64,000 nucleotides of DNA, taken from NCBI RefSeq assembly GCF_018977255.1, contig NW_024704746.1, positions 56,606,001-56,670,000 on the forward strand. The letters run 5' to 3'. The position numbers and the translations under genes were made by a program. A model generated the notes under the pieces. It was not told where the DNA came from. It ran no database searches and was given only the letters and a program-made list of their open reading frames with translations. This stretch comes from Callorhinchus milii. Lineage: Eukaryota. Below, in pieces: positions 1 to 12,313 of this stretch (position 1 is its first letter; each line of letters begins with the position of its first letter).

Positions 1-583
1 TTTTGTTGTACAAAAGGCATTCATTTTAAGACTATCCCCTTTTCCCACCCCGATTCCATCCCAAGGCAAGTGATGAGATGGAAGGACATTGAATCTCAGA
101 GAGACACACACTTCCATCGATGTGTACGACGTATCCTGTGGAATTCTGTATCCCGTTAAAGTCGTTCCAAGATTTGCCGTTGAGGCACAGTCTTACTTTA
201 TCGTGCTTTTTAATGTAAATATGTCAGACCGGTTCATCTCAGGAGGACTGAATATAAGGCAGTGGAAGCACTCAGGGATTTGGCTTGAGGGCTGGTATCC
301 AGTTAGTCCACAATCAGTTTAGCTGCATAGTGGTTGGATGTCCTTTCTTATATTTTTGGCACACGTTAAATATGTCCCTTGCAAGTCACATGTACCCGAC
401 CTTCCAATTTCATCCTCATGTAGTTTTCTCCATTCGTGAGCCTTGTTTCCCTTTTTGCTGCTGTTGGCTGGAAGTAAATCTTATTCATTCAAGTGCAGCA
501 GAGCGGTCTGTGGGACACGGAAAGTGACATCGGCTTGATGAGAGGTCTCAGGATTCCAGTCGCTTTTCTGATATCCTGATGGG
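1..583 (-). other. CELSR1: CELSR1 3' UTR (continues beyond window start)
   Basis: Follows the TGA at 586-584; no convincing polyA signal identified before the window edge. Confidence 0.8.
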
Positions 584-608
584 TCAGATTGAGGTTTCGT
601 TACTTCCT
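584..608 (-). CDS. CELSR1: CELSR1 terminal coding segment (E)GSNETSI*, class I PDZ-binding motif
   Basis: Long pyrimidine tract ...tcttgcgtccag|A GGA AGT AAC GAA ACC TCA ATC TGA; phase 2 matches the preceding donor. Confidence 0.92.
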
Positions 609-2217
609 CTGGACGCAAGAGCAGGGAGGAAGGGGAAACATGCAGAATCATGGTTACGTGATGATTAACAGGGGAGATCAAAAGAAATAGATTACACAGA
701 GGTTAGCATATTAGCATGCAGTTTCTAATCACAGTGCTAAAGAAATAATGGACAAAATTATATTGTCTCATTTTTCATTGAAAATAATAATGTTAGTAGA
801 TGCAATGTACAACAGTAACACAGTGTTAAGTTACTTACAAACAAAGTAAAAAATAAAATTCCAGTGTTTGCCAATTTTAGCAACGGATTTGGATGAAATT
901 AAACAGGGGTGGAAATTTGGGGGCAATAAAGTTTTACTGCTGCTCTCAGTTTCCTTGTTTTGGGGAAAAAAAGGTAAAGGTGAAAAAGGACACTGATCAC
1001 ACAAGGGCCATAAAAGAACTACAGCAGCATTGCACACCTGAGAAAGCACATTGCAAAGTGAGGCTTTAACAGCAGATCACACCTGGAATTTGCAATTCTA
1101 ATGAAGGGTAAAGTTTAGAAATATCATGAAAGCAGTGAAAGAAAAGAATAGTAGAGACATTTTCTGCACAACCGTATGTGTTATGGTCATTAGTGGATAC
1201 ACTGCAGGCGAACAGAAGAGGACCAAGGTCACTAAAGGCACAACAATTCTCAGTAGGTACGATGTAAGGCAGCAATACCTTTTGCAATAAGAACACTGCA
1301 CAAGGAGGCTAAGCATTTACTGCACAACAGCTACTTGCACAAGTTTGCACAAAAGTTGGATTCGCAGTGTTGCATTTGAGCTACAAAATCGGGATTCTAC
1401 AGCTGGAGTACCAGGGTTTCAGATGTAATGAGCTAAGTGGCTGTTCAGCTGCTAAAATATTATTAGTGACTATGTTTCCTTAACACCAACAAAATCACAA
1501 TCGATGAATAGCATTTGAAGGTAGCCACTCATTTTTGTTAATCAGCTTTTGTACCGATTTAAACATAAAGGAATTTCAGGATTTACAAAACCACAAAACT
1601 CCACATTTCAGATTTGATGCATTTTTCTACAGATAAGTCATTTTAATATACAGTACAGTGAGGTGACAGTGCAAAGTAATATTAGTTGTCATTTGCATAT
1701 ACCTTGATTCTTACTTTAACAAAAGGTTGCCTTGTGTCAATTGATATTTCAGTCTAAATCTGGTTTCAGATTAGATTTCCTAAAATTGCCGTCTATGGAA
1801 TCAAGTTGGTTTATAACTGAGGGTCTTTCAGTTTTGTGAAGCAGTTCCAGCCCATTTGTGCGAGTGATGCACATTTATATACACTTGTAACAAAAGCTTT
1901 TGCAATGTCCTGCATCACAGGTGCAGCAGCCTATAATTTACTTCTGAGTTTTAAAGATCACGTCACAGACCCTGGCTTCAGTGATTACAACTCTAGACAA
2001 ATGTCTGATTGTGATTTACTGCTGTGCCAAGGTTTCTGAATTATTAAAATTTCAGTTAATAAAACAAACCGATCACAACACCTGCATTTTATCTTTATTG
2101 CTTGTGAGTCAGGTCATGTGGCACTTGAGCTCTGGGTCCTTCACATTCCTGAGTTTACCTATGAGGTGGAAATATCTCACATTTTCTAAGGATTTTTGAG
2201 TGGAATTTTTTTTAAGT

Positions 2218-2265
2218 CTGTAAGATCACTAACCTGTGAGATCACTAACCAGTGAAATCACAGTA
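2218..2265. repeat. Short tandem repeat, 16 bp x3
   Basis: ctgtaagatcactaac / ctgtgagatcactaac / cagtgaaatcacagta. Confidence 0.75.
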
Positions 2266-2479
2266 ATGGGGGAAAACTAATAAAAAAAAACACCAATTAC
2301 TTTTGTGGACGTTACATTTTATCACTTTTATGGTGAGCGTGTCACTGTTAGAGCATAAAACGTTTCTAATTTTTGCACCCTGTACCAAGCATCCACACAC
2401 CAGGTACAGCATTGACGAGGTAGAGTTTTGCCCTGGGAACTTGGGCTACCGTAAGGTAAAACTGCACAGACATTTCACT

Positions 2480-2630
2480 TAAACCGTCATTTAAACATGA
2501 GAAAGAAGCGATTGGTAAAAGAGAGGGGATTAAGAGGTGGGAGCTCATAAGCAGTATAAACACGGCACATAGTAGTTGGTCCGAATGACCTATTTCCATG
2601 CTGCAATAGTCTATGTAACTCTATGTAATT
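2480..2630 (+). mobile_element. Decayed CR1-type LINE 3' end
   Basis: ggtccgaatgacctatttccatgctg followed by a (ctatgtaa) microsatellite tail, like the CR1 3' end at 34320-34366. Confidence 0.5.
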
Positions 2631-4964
2631 TAACCTTCAAGTTACAGGAGATGATCATCTCATCAATCTGGGATGGATTTCAACGGAGGGGTGACAGGAC
2701 ACTGAACATACTGCACTTTGCTAATTTTTTTAAATAGAACAGCTCAGGTTACATTATGTAAAACAAATTCTCAGTCGCACCAAAGACAGTGAGTATTCCT
2801 GTGCTCACTGAACTCCTGAGAAAGGTCTCTTAATTTCCTTTTACTTTTGGCGCTCATTACTGACAGCTCTTTGACACGTGGGAAGGGACAGCAATTCACT
2901 GCTTCAAGCTGAAATCATAGTAAAGGCAAAGTTTAATTTTTAAAAAGTGTTTTGTCTGGAATGAAGTGAGGGGCTATATGCTTTTTAGTACAGACAGGAT
3001 TCACTCTGTGTTCAGTTGGCTGATTTTAACAGAAGCGCGTGTGAGCACAAGCGACCTCTGTGTCCCCATGCCAGCAAGAGTCAGGGATGCCTCTGATCAC
3101 TCCTTCAGAGGTGGACCAAAGCAAGGGGAAGTTCGCACCTTCAGGAGAGGAGAACTATACCGCGGGGTGAATGCTGGACCATAACTCAGGGTGAAGGTGA
3201 GACCAAGTAGAATGTAAAGAAACACCAACAACAACTTCAGAAAAACATTTCAATCAATCTAGCTCATGCAACTAAAATCAAGAAAGGGGTAAGTGTTTTT
3301 TTAAAAAAAAGAACAATAGATCAACTGTGCCTGTTAATGTGCTACTTTACCGTAAAGGTTAAGCACGCATTACCTGCCACCAAATACTCAAAAACTAAGT
3401 GTCCAATTTAAAACAGACTAGCTACTACATGAAGAAAGCTAGAGGGCAATTTCTGGGCTTTAATTTCAACCCATTCAGTTTCAGGAATGTAATGCCTGTG
3501 AACTATTCTGGCATGTCTAATCATACACCTCCTGTAGGCATCATCAATACTGGAGGTTACCTCATGCTTCAAAGGTGATTCAACAGAAAGTCCCTTCAGG
3601 TGCTTGGCTGAGTGTTTTTTTTCTGTTTTATTACTGTTACTTATATGATCCATCATTAGGTATGAAATGTGGGCAGTGTGATTAAGCACTGGGCCAAACA
3701 ATTCATATTAACAAAGAACTGGTTGGTGTTGGAGGACTGTGGATAGTGCTGTATTTCAATGCTCCTTCAGAGGATAGCAGCTGAACATGCTTTCAGTTAA
3801 GTGAAGCGACACTGAAACATGCACTTTGGGTTCACAGCAATTGCAGTGCAGAAATTATCGGCCAGTTTCCAACCAACCCATTGTGCTGCAGGGATTGGAA
3901 GACATACAATTCATGATCACTAGCCAACAACTGGAAAAATCTTCATTATCCTGAACAGTGCAGCTCACTTTATTCAAATAATGCCCGCCGACATCTCCTC
4001 AGCAATAAGGAAGCATGGAACATGAAAAGCCCATTCAGGCCATAGTTATTATCACAATCCAACCCATTTTTATCTCTTGAGGGAAACTTCCACCTAATTT
4101 CTCTCCAACTCTGAAAGGGAATTTTTAATTATTAACCAGAATATCCATCAATTCAAACATCCACCATTCCACTCTGGCCCAAACCCAAATCAATTGCTTT
4201 TGAATATTAGAAGCCTAGGCCACAGTCCCACTTCAATCTTCTTTTCTCAGTGAAAATAAATTCAACCCTGGATCCCTGAATCATTCTTTTTGGATGCTCT
4301 GTGATGCATTGCCATGCTGAATCATTTTCAGAATGTAGTTTCACACAATGCAACAGAAAAATAAAAAAAACCTCATCATCACAAATTTGGAAAGAAAAGA
4401 CTAACACTCTATTAAACGCATCAATGGTTATTGCTGATCAACAAGTGGAGGTTGTTGATGAGAGAGTATAACACAAACCTCAAATGGGGATAAGGAGATG
4501 CTGAAGGAGACGTTTGAATTCTTTTAGCATCAGGAAAATAATAAGTACATGGGGGGTGGGGCAAAGTATTGACTGAGGCTCTTAGCATCATAGAAACACA
4601 GAATCAAAATAAAGAGGTAAGAAATGTTTCCTGTTTTCCAAACATAGACCTGCTAGGCAGAAGAGTGGCATGATCAATAAGAGGTGTCAGAGTAGCAATT
4701 TGAAAGGTGGATGCAACAGCAGGTGTCAGACAGCAAAATTTAATTAGCAACTGCTATCAGCAGCCAACTCCAAATGAGAGTTGTTTAGGTATGTACGAGA
4801 GGCTGCAGGGAAGTGTAACACGATCAGCATAGGGAATATCACCCTAGAGGTAAAGCAGGCAGATTGAAGAGGTGCTCAGAAATATGGAATGTCTGCTACC
4901 TCCTGTATTGAGTGTATCTGAGGGCTGAGCGAGATCAACAGTTCTTTAATGTGTGGATACTTAC

Positions 4965-5235
4965 TCTGAATCAGAGGTGTCCCCATTGACAGTGCCCGTT
5001 CTAATACTCATAGGTATAGATGCCATCCCATTTAACTGGTCTCGAGACTGTGGTCTGATCGGCTGCTTTATCACTATGCCTGTGCCCGTGGCTGAACGGG
5101 TTCCGTCGCTGGACCCTAATGAGGAGGTCCGGGAGGAGACTGTTGCTGTTTTACAATTTGAGAGTTCATTATGTATTCGATTTATCCTATTTTCTTTCAA
5201 TGGTGGTGGGTAAGTGACTTTATTTTTAAGGATAC
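4965..5235 (-). CDS. CELSR1: CELSR1 penultimate exon (GILKNKVTYPPPL...NGDTSDS)
   Basis: atgacag|GTATC...TCAGA|gtaagt; 271 nt; matches ORF 4961..5242. Confidence 0.95.
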
Positions 5236-5630
5236 CTGTCATGAAAGAGAATTACAAAAATTAATTCTGCAGTTTACAAGAGTTTGTTTCAAGTATGTGT
5301 TATCTATTATACACAAGTGATTTATATTGAATGTAATAAGCATCAATTTGTGCCAGGAGTTAAAAGAGCTACCTACGCTGGTGGCGGAAATCCAACTTAT
5401 TTTCTCCGAGCTTATTTTCTCTTTGCTGCTTCACCAAACCTCACCCTACAACTCATGTTAAGGGAGTTGCCACTTGAACCCATTTATATTATTCGCTTAA
5501 ATAATCTTCCCTCATAATGCATTCATCAAAATTATTACCCATTGTACATAAAGGTTCTACCTGCCATCTCTTCTTCCTGCTAACTTCCACATCTGTCATT
5601 TGTGCTCCTGGAATATAAACTCTTCACAAT

Positions 5631-7570
5631 TCAACAGCAACAACAACAACATTACATTTGTATTGCGCTATTCACATCAGGAGGACGTCCCAAGGCGCTG
5701 GACAGACAGAGTTACGAACCCGAGCTGAGGGTTGGGGTGGGGGACAGGGCAGGGGTGGGAAGCAGAGAGATCGAAAGCACGGTCGAAGAGGAGGGTCTTG
5801 AGATGGGTCTTGAAGGTGGCGAGGAAGGGTGCGAGATGGAGGGACTGCGGGATGGAGTTCCAGAGGGTGGGTGCAGAGTGGCAAAAGACCCGCCCATAGA
5901 TAGTGGGACGAGCGAGGCAGGGGACGTGAAGCAGGCTGAAGCCCGCTGAGCGAAGGGAGCAAACAGGGTGGTAGGGGGTTAGGAGGTCGAAGAGGTAGGA
6001 GGGAGCAAGACGGTGGAGGGCTTTGAAGATGAGGACCAGGATCTTGAACTGTATCCTCTGTGTGATGGTAAGCCATGGAGTTGGGCAAGGATGGGGTTAA
6101 TAGAGTCACGGAGCCTGGTGCGGGAGAGGACAAGGACTGCAGAGTTCTGGATGATCTGCAGCCTGTGGAGGGAGGAGTTGGGGAGGCCAACAAGCAGTGC
6201 CTTTGCATAGTCGAGCCTCAATGTAATGAAGGCGTGTATGAGGGTTTTGGCGGCCTGCGGTGTGAGACAGTGGCGGAGCCGGGCAATGTTGTGGAAGTGG
6301 GGGAAGGCAGAGCGTGTCATGGCGCAGATGTGGGGTAGAAAGGATAGTTGAGACTCCAAGGATCCCAACTAGCTTAGCAAGGTGGAGTGTGCAACCATGG
6401 ATGGTGATGCTGTCAGCGCCTGAGGTGAGGAGGCGCTCATGGTAGCCAATCAGGAGAGCCTCGGGTCTTGTTGACTTTCAACTGAAGAAAGTTAGCTCTT
6501 ATCCAGGACTTGATGTCTGACAGACATTCTGTCAGGACAGCAGTGGTCCTTGAGTTAAGGATGGAGGCAGAGAGATAGAATTGGGTGTCATCCGCATACA
6601 TGTGGAAGTTGATCCCATGTCTGTGGATGATGTCACCAAGAGGGAGCATATAGATATTGAAGAGGAGGGGACCAAGGACAGAGCTCTGAGGAACGCCGAA
6701 CGAGACGATCCGGGGGCTAGAGGAGAAGCCGTTTATTGAGATGAAGTGCAGGTGGTGTGAGAGGTACGATCTGAACCAGTCAAGGACAGCGCCATGGAGG
6801 TTGAGGTGAGAGGAGAGGCAGTGGATGAGGATAGAGTGGTCGACAGTGTCAGAAGCAGCAGAGAGGTCAAGTAGGATGAGGAGGCAGAGGGTACCCTGGT
6901 CGCAGAAGGACAGAATGTATTTTGTCACTTTGACCAGGGTGGTTTCTGTGCTGTGGAAACCCAATTGGCGAGGTTTGAGAAAGGAGTGGCGGGAGAGGAA
7001 GGAGCGAAGCAACAATTCGTTCCATGACCTTGGAGAGGAAAGGGAGGTTGGAGATGGGGTGGTAGTTAGGGAGCAGAGAAGGGTCCAGGTAGGGTTTTTT
7101 AAGGATAAGAGTGATGACAGCATTTTTTAATGGGGTGGGAACAGTACCAGAGGACAGGGAGAGGTTTATGATGTCAGTGAGTAGAGAGGCAAGGAGGTGG
7201 AGCTGGGAGGTAAGGAAAGGGGTAAGGATGGGGTCGAGGGAACAGGTGGTACTTTCATACGGGTTATGGTGGTGATGTGAGAGGGGGAGACAGGTTCAAA
7301 GTTGTGGAGGGTGGGATGGTTAGGGGCCGGGTGGGAGGAGGAGATGGGGAGGGGGTAGCAGATGCAGTGGCAGAGGCAGCTGAGCGGAATTCCTCGACTT
7401 TAGATTCGAGGAAGTCCAGCATTGCCTTACAGTTTGCGTTTGAGGTGAGGATAGGTGAGGTTTGAACAGGTGGGCGGAGGAGACGGTTCATGATGGAAAA
7501 GAGGAGCCTGGGGTTGTCTTTAACTTCCAAGATTGTCTTGGAGTAGAATGATGATTTAGCGGAGGTAAAA
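5631..7570 (-). mobile_element. L2-clade LINE, 5'-truncated, with frameshifted ORF2 reverse transcriptase remnant
   Basis: ORF fragments LLDLSAASDTVDH, GVPQSSVLGPLLF, HMYADDTQFY and LIHAFITLRLDYAKALL; 3' tail ends in (GTT)n at about 5631-5650. Confidence 0.92.
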
Positions 7571-7945
7571 GTAAAGTTTTCAGGATAATAAAGGAGCTGG
7601 CAAAATAACTGCAGGTAAACCATCGAATTGTGAAGACTTTATACTAGGAGCACCAAATTACAGATGTGGAAGTTAGAAGGTTTTTAAAGAGAGAGCAATC
7701 CTAAGAACTTACAACCAACAACATCATGAAGAGCAATCAGGGCTTCATCCAGCGCAAGAAAATCATAATAAATGTTTAGCAAATACTAGAACCGAGTCAG
7801 TCACAGTACATAAAACTTCAGATTATTTTTATCCTGATTGCAAAGTTGCACAAAGTTTCCAAATTTGGAAACGTTGGACAGGAAGAGGAGGATGGCTCAT
7901 TAATACATTCTAGAGATCATTTGCCGTGGTGAGCTCAATACTTGC

Positions 7946-8194
7946 CTTTTCTTTGTTCTGGTTGTGGATTGGAGATAGGCTGAGGACCGGGTATGCTTTC
8001 ATTCTGCTGTACATCCTCCTCCTCATCCACTTTGGGAATGTCCCCACAGTGATTCATTTTATTTTCTCTGTGCAACTCGATGTTTACTTTTGTTTCCACC
8101 TTTAGTTTCTCCGCAGTCCCGTGATCTTCGCTATCACTGGCTGTGGTACATTCGGCAGGCCAATAAGGCTTAACATGATTGGGCATGCACTCAG
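7946..8194 (-). CDS. CELSR1: CELSR1 exon, tail (ECMPNHVKPYWP...LKVETKVNIELHRE...QPEQRK)
   Basis: tccccag|CTGAG...AAAG|gcaagt; 249 nt; ends at a GC donor. Confidence 0.92.
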
Positions 8195-8623
8195 CTGGGG
8201 AGTGGGGGAAGATGGAGAGAAGTTAAAGGTACATGTTGAATATACGTACATATGGTCTATACTTATAGAAAAGATACCACTCACAAGGATTCCAGGAACA
8301 CCAGCTTTGTGCTCAAAGGAACTTTCAACACCAGTACTTACATGGGTGTAAACTAGCAACTTTTACATGTAACATTACTGTGATTCTCTAGTGTAGTCAG
8401 TAAGTACTACTACATGGGAACTATGGACCTGTCATGGAGTAACTCATTCAAATGAAGCAAGCCACAGGGATAAATGGTCCCAGATATAGAATGCCCAACT
8501 TTCTAGTTGGAAGGCATAGTTGTATTTATCAAGCACTAAAGTGGCGAGCGCTACACAGGCACGTTCCATATCAGAGCAATCAGACATCTTTGCTCTAATT
8601 CATGCTGCTGGTGTTTGGCTTAC

Positions 8624-8791
8624 CCTTTGGTGTGCTGTGTACTGGATGTTTTTCATTGTTTTTAAGTGTTGCTTTGCTCCAGGTCGGGTCTGCTGGAAAC
8701 TCATCTTCACTATCTGATGAACGACTAGAAGCATAGGAGCTGCTATGATCATCTTCCAAAGAAAGTTCACTGTCTGAATCAGAATCTGGCT
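8624..8791 (-). CDS. CELSR1: CELSR1 exon, Ser/acidic tail (PDSDSDSELSLEDDHSSSYASSRSSDSEDE...HSTPK)
   Basis: tttctag|AGCCA...AAGG|gtaagc; 168 nt; conserved DSDSDSELSL and HSTPK motifs. Confidence 0.94.
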
Positions 8792-8924
8792 CTAGAAAAA
8801 GATTAAAATATGAATTATTTGGTACAATGAAACTGTTATTGCTTTATAACAGAGCAAACATGGTAACTTGGGAAAACATTACGTTTATTGGGGAATATAA
8901 AATACAACATGAAAGACATAAATA

Positions 8925-10070
8925 CACCTCCAGCAAACAGATGATTAAGGAAAGAGTAGGACCCTTAAGGATCCCAAAGTGACATGCTATCGATTGTCTA
9001 AGCAATGATAGATATTTTAAATTAATTATTTTTATCGGAGTTCATGAGCTGCCTTTCTTATCGGTGGAGGTAGAGTTTCCAGGACAACTGGAGCAGAGCA
9101 CTGATGATGTTAAAGACACAGATGAATGGCAGGCTAAAGGAACAAGCAACAATAATAATAACTTGCATTTATACATTACTTTTCACATAAAAACAGACAT
9201 CCCAAGGCACTTTACAAAATATATACTGTATTGATTAGAATTTTTACATTAGAAATTAATTGACTGTTATATGGCTAAGTGCAGCAGGGAATCTGCGGCA
9301 AAAAGCCCATAAACAACAATGAGTACAAACCATCTGTCGAGTGCATACAAGGTACTTAAGGGAAATCCACAAAATATACACTGAATCCACTTTACAGCGT
9401 ATTCTGTGAAGTGCTTTGAGATGTCTCAATGACATGATAAGGTGCTACATCAAATGCAAGGATTATTAATATTATTAGCTAACAAAATTACATGTGGTTG
9501 GTATATTTAGGTGAAAATGGAAGGTATCCTTGAGGATTACAGAAGACAGAACATAATGATGAAATATAAAAAGGGGGAAAAGGTAACACTGCAGGCCAGT
9601 GAGTCTCTGACCTTTTGAAGGGAAGATATTGGAGAACTTCCTGAAAGAGGGGATAAGAGGAAAGTAACAAAGAAAATGTAGAATTATAAGAGGGAATCAG
9701 CATGACTTTATGGGAGGGAAATTGTGCATGTTAAATCTTTTGGACACTTTGAGGAAATAAGGATAGGTGGAACTGTGTGTATACTATGCATTTTGATTTT
9801 AGCAAAGCATTTGACACAGTGACACAGGTCCACAAGGTTGAGGGGATGGAATAGGGGGCATTGAATCAGAAAGCCAATGTGCAGTTGTACATGCATGGAA
9901 GCAAGTAACTAGCTGAGAGATTCAGGGATTAGTCTTTGGCCTGCTGTTACTTACAGTTTACATCATAAATTGGATGCAGAAAACTAATTGTCTTTAAGTT
10001 TGATGTGATCAAACTGGGGAGAAATAACAGGAAACAAAATTCTGTAAGATCTAAACTAAGACTAGATGGA
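8925..10070 (+). mobile_element. Heavily decayed CR1 LINE ORF2 remnant interrupted by SINE tails
   Basis: ggaaagagtaggacccttaagg and gattttagcaaagcatttgacacagt (DFSKAFDTV); SINE tail fragments at about 9147-9220 (-) and 9375-9470 (+). Confidence 0.55.
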
Positions 10071-10211
10071 ATTTCAAACTGCTGGGATATCAATCTATTT
10101 TCAATTATTCTGCCTTACACTTTAACTCAGAATATTAAAACCATTATTTAAAATATTGATTTTGCTTTGAAGTTTTGCAGCAGGCCTTTATCAGTTGATG
10201 AAGAATCTTAC

Positions 10212-10312
10212 CCTCAGGCTTCCTTGTTTTTTTGTGGAATATTCCGGAATCAGGTTCCGTGGGGCCAGCCTCTGCTTGACTTGATAATAAGCTCACTCTC
10301 TGAGTTTCATCC
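10212..10312 (-). CDS. CELSR1: CELSR1 exon, cytoplasmic tail (DETQRVSLLSSQAEAGPTEPDSGIFHKKTRKPE)
   Basis: ttcacag|GGAT...GAGG|gtaaga; 101 nt, phase 2 to 1, which exactly bridges the flanking exons. Confidence 0.88.
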
Positions 10313-11571
10313 CTGTGAAAAGATGCAGAGTATTTTCCTTAGCAACGTAACATGTTCCTAATTAGCCACATTAGCAGCCAGAGGGAGCGAGATGATTCAT
10401 TAAATCATGGATTGGATGACTCCTTGTACTTTGTAAATAACACAGCAGATAAAGAATTTGAAGGAAGGGTATCAGAAACAATTGTGCCTTTTGAAGATAA
10501 GTCTAATCATAGTAAAAAGGGGCAATAGTGGAGAAAAGAAAGGATTTCTATTTCTTGATCAGCATTCCTACACCAGAACAGTGAAGGTCAGATGAATTCT
10601 GCTTAGACAATCGGGACTAGTAATGCACTATGTAGAAAACCACTACGCATTATGTGCAAACACAGGCGTATTATGCATCAAATATTCACCCATCTATACA
10701 AAGGGCTCTTAATAATGTGATCAATATGGGTCTCTGCAATTTCCTTTGTAAACATTCATTACACGTGGCACATAAAACACCTGTTTTACTCATTGCATAC
10801 AACAGACCTTGTTGTCAACTCAACCCAAATCACCAAATTCATATGCCTAACATATGGTGGAACTAAGATTTCTTTATTTAAAGTTCTTTATCTGGTCCTT
10901 CTGAACCATAGCTCTTTCCTTAGATCAGGTGATGCACTCTGAAAAAAACACAGCCAAACATATACAATGTTTTTAAGAGGCACTATTTTTAAAAATCAAA
11001 CATTTAGAAAGAATTTATGATTAAATATTTTGGGGGAGTTGACTCACAAAAGTTACAGAGAGAAGCTGAAATCAAATATACAATCACCAGAAAGCCTCAG
11101 GACATTTGTTAGTAAATCTGTTATGCTGGGAAATATTCTCACTCAATAATATCAGAAACACTCACTATTTCAAACCATATCTTTTGGTGAGTAAAAATGA
11201 TATATAAACCTTGCCAGCTTTGTCCACTCAGTAATTAATGATTTTTGGGGGGAATTTTGAAGGAGAGAAATCCCTTTAATTTGAAGATGGAGCCAAATCA
11301 TCTTACCCTTTAATATACAGCAACAACCCTCAGAGTCGTCCTTTGTTTAATTTTGTTGGGAAGGATGGCACCTGCGCCTAGGATCATCCTGGATTGTAAG
11401 ATACTAACTTGAGACTTAAGCCTAGAAGGTTTTGACCCTGAAGTGCAAGTGGCACTAACTGAGCCAAACTAATATGTAAGAACATTTTTAAGCCATTTAA
11501 AAAAAAATACTTTTTTTTAATGCTGGCATGGATACAAGTCATTTAATCATGTATTCCTCTAGATATAAAAA

Positions 11572-11778
11572 AGGGTGTTTTCCCTGGTATCCTGGCCAAC
11601 AATCCTAATAAAATTGGTAATTCACTTCATATCTGTTTGTGGGTTATTGCTGTGCGCAAACTTGCTGCTATGTTTGCTTACAATTACATTATCAGTATAC
11701 TTTACAGTAAATCCTTTGAAGCATTTTGAGGCATTTCAACAACATGATGAGGTGCTACATCAAATGCAAGGATTATAT
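11572..11778 (+). mobile_element. Deu-domain SINE 3' fragment
   Basis: ctggtatcctggccaacaat...ctgtttgtgggttattgctgtgcgcaaa...caaatgcaaggattat. Confidence 0.7.
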
Positions 11779-12313
11779 ATTGTAAAGAAAATCTGCAAAC
11801 CCTGATGATCAATGAACATTGCAATGAATTGGCACAACAGTGGCCCATTGTCACAGCCATGACAGAATTTATGGGGATTACAGTAACTTCAGGGATGCAT
11901 TCATCAATTACAGAAAACATCTGAAAACTAATAGGGCAGCGATCATTTGCCTAAATGCGAAATGGAGTGCTTACACTGCAAGGAAAAGCAAACTTTCCAG
12001 TTGTAGAAGAAAAGGCATACAACAGATAAATATATGGATGTGGGGGAAGAGCCACTGCCTCCCCAGATGGTTGTGAAGAGAAACTGAATAAAATACAATT
12101 TGAAGAAACAAATAAAATCTCATCGCCAATATGGGACTGCAATGATTCTGAATATTACAGTCAGCATTAAGTAGCTGCAGGAGCCTTGAATTCAAATGCA
12201 ACTACATACATGAAAAATCCTGGAGGAACAATCTCCTGACCAATTCTGCCAACTAATCCTGTAACCTCTTCAATTTCTTTCAGTTTCTTCACTGCTCAAC
12301 ACAGTCATACTTA

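Noticed and set aside
5226-5235. Exon begins GTATCCTT, matching a U12-type donor after splicing
   Set aside because: Explained by codons for G-I-L; no U12 branch site (TCCTTAAC) seen downstream on the minus strand
5602-7623. Many overlapping GC-rich ORFs on both strands (also at 29764-30562, 35074-36068 and 51023-51687)
   Set aside because: Alternative frames and antisense shadows of L2 LINE remnants, not host genes
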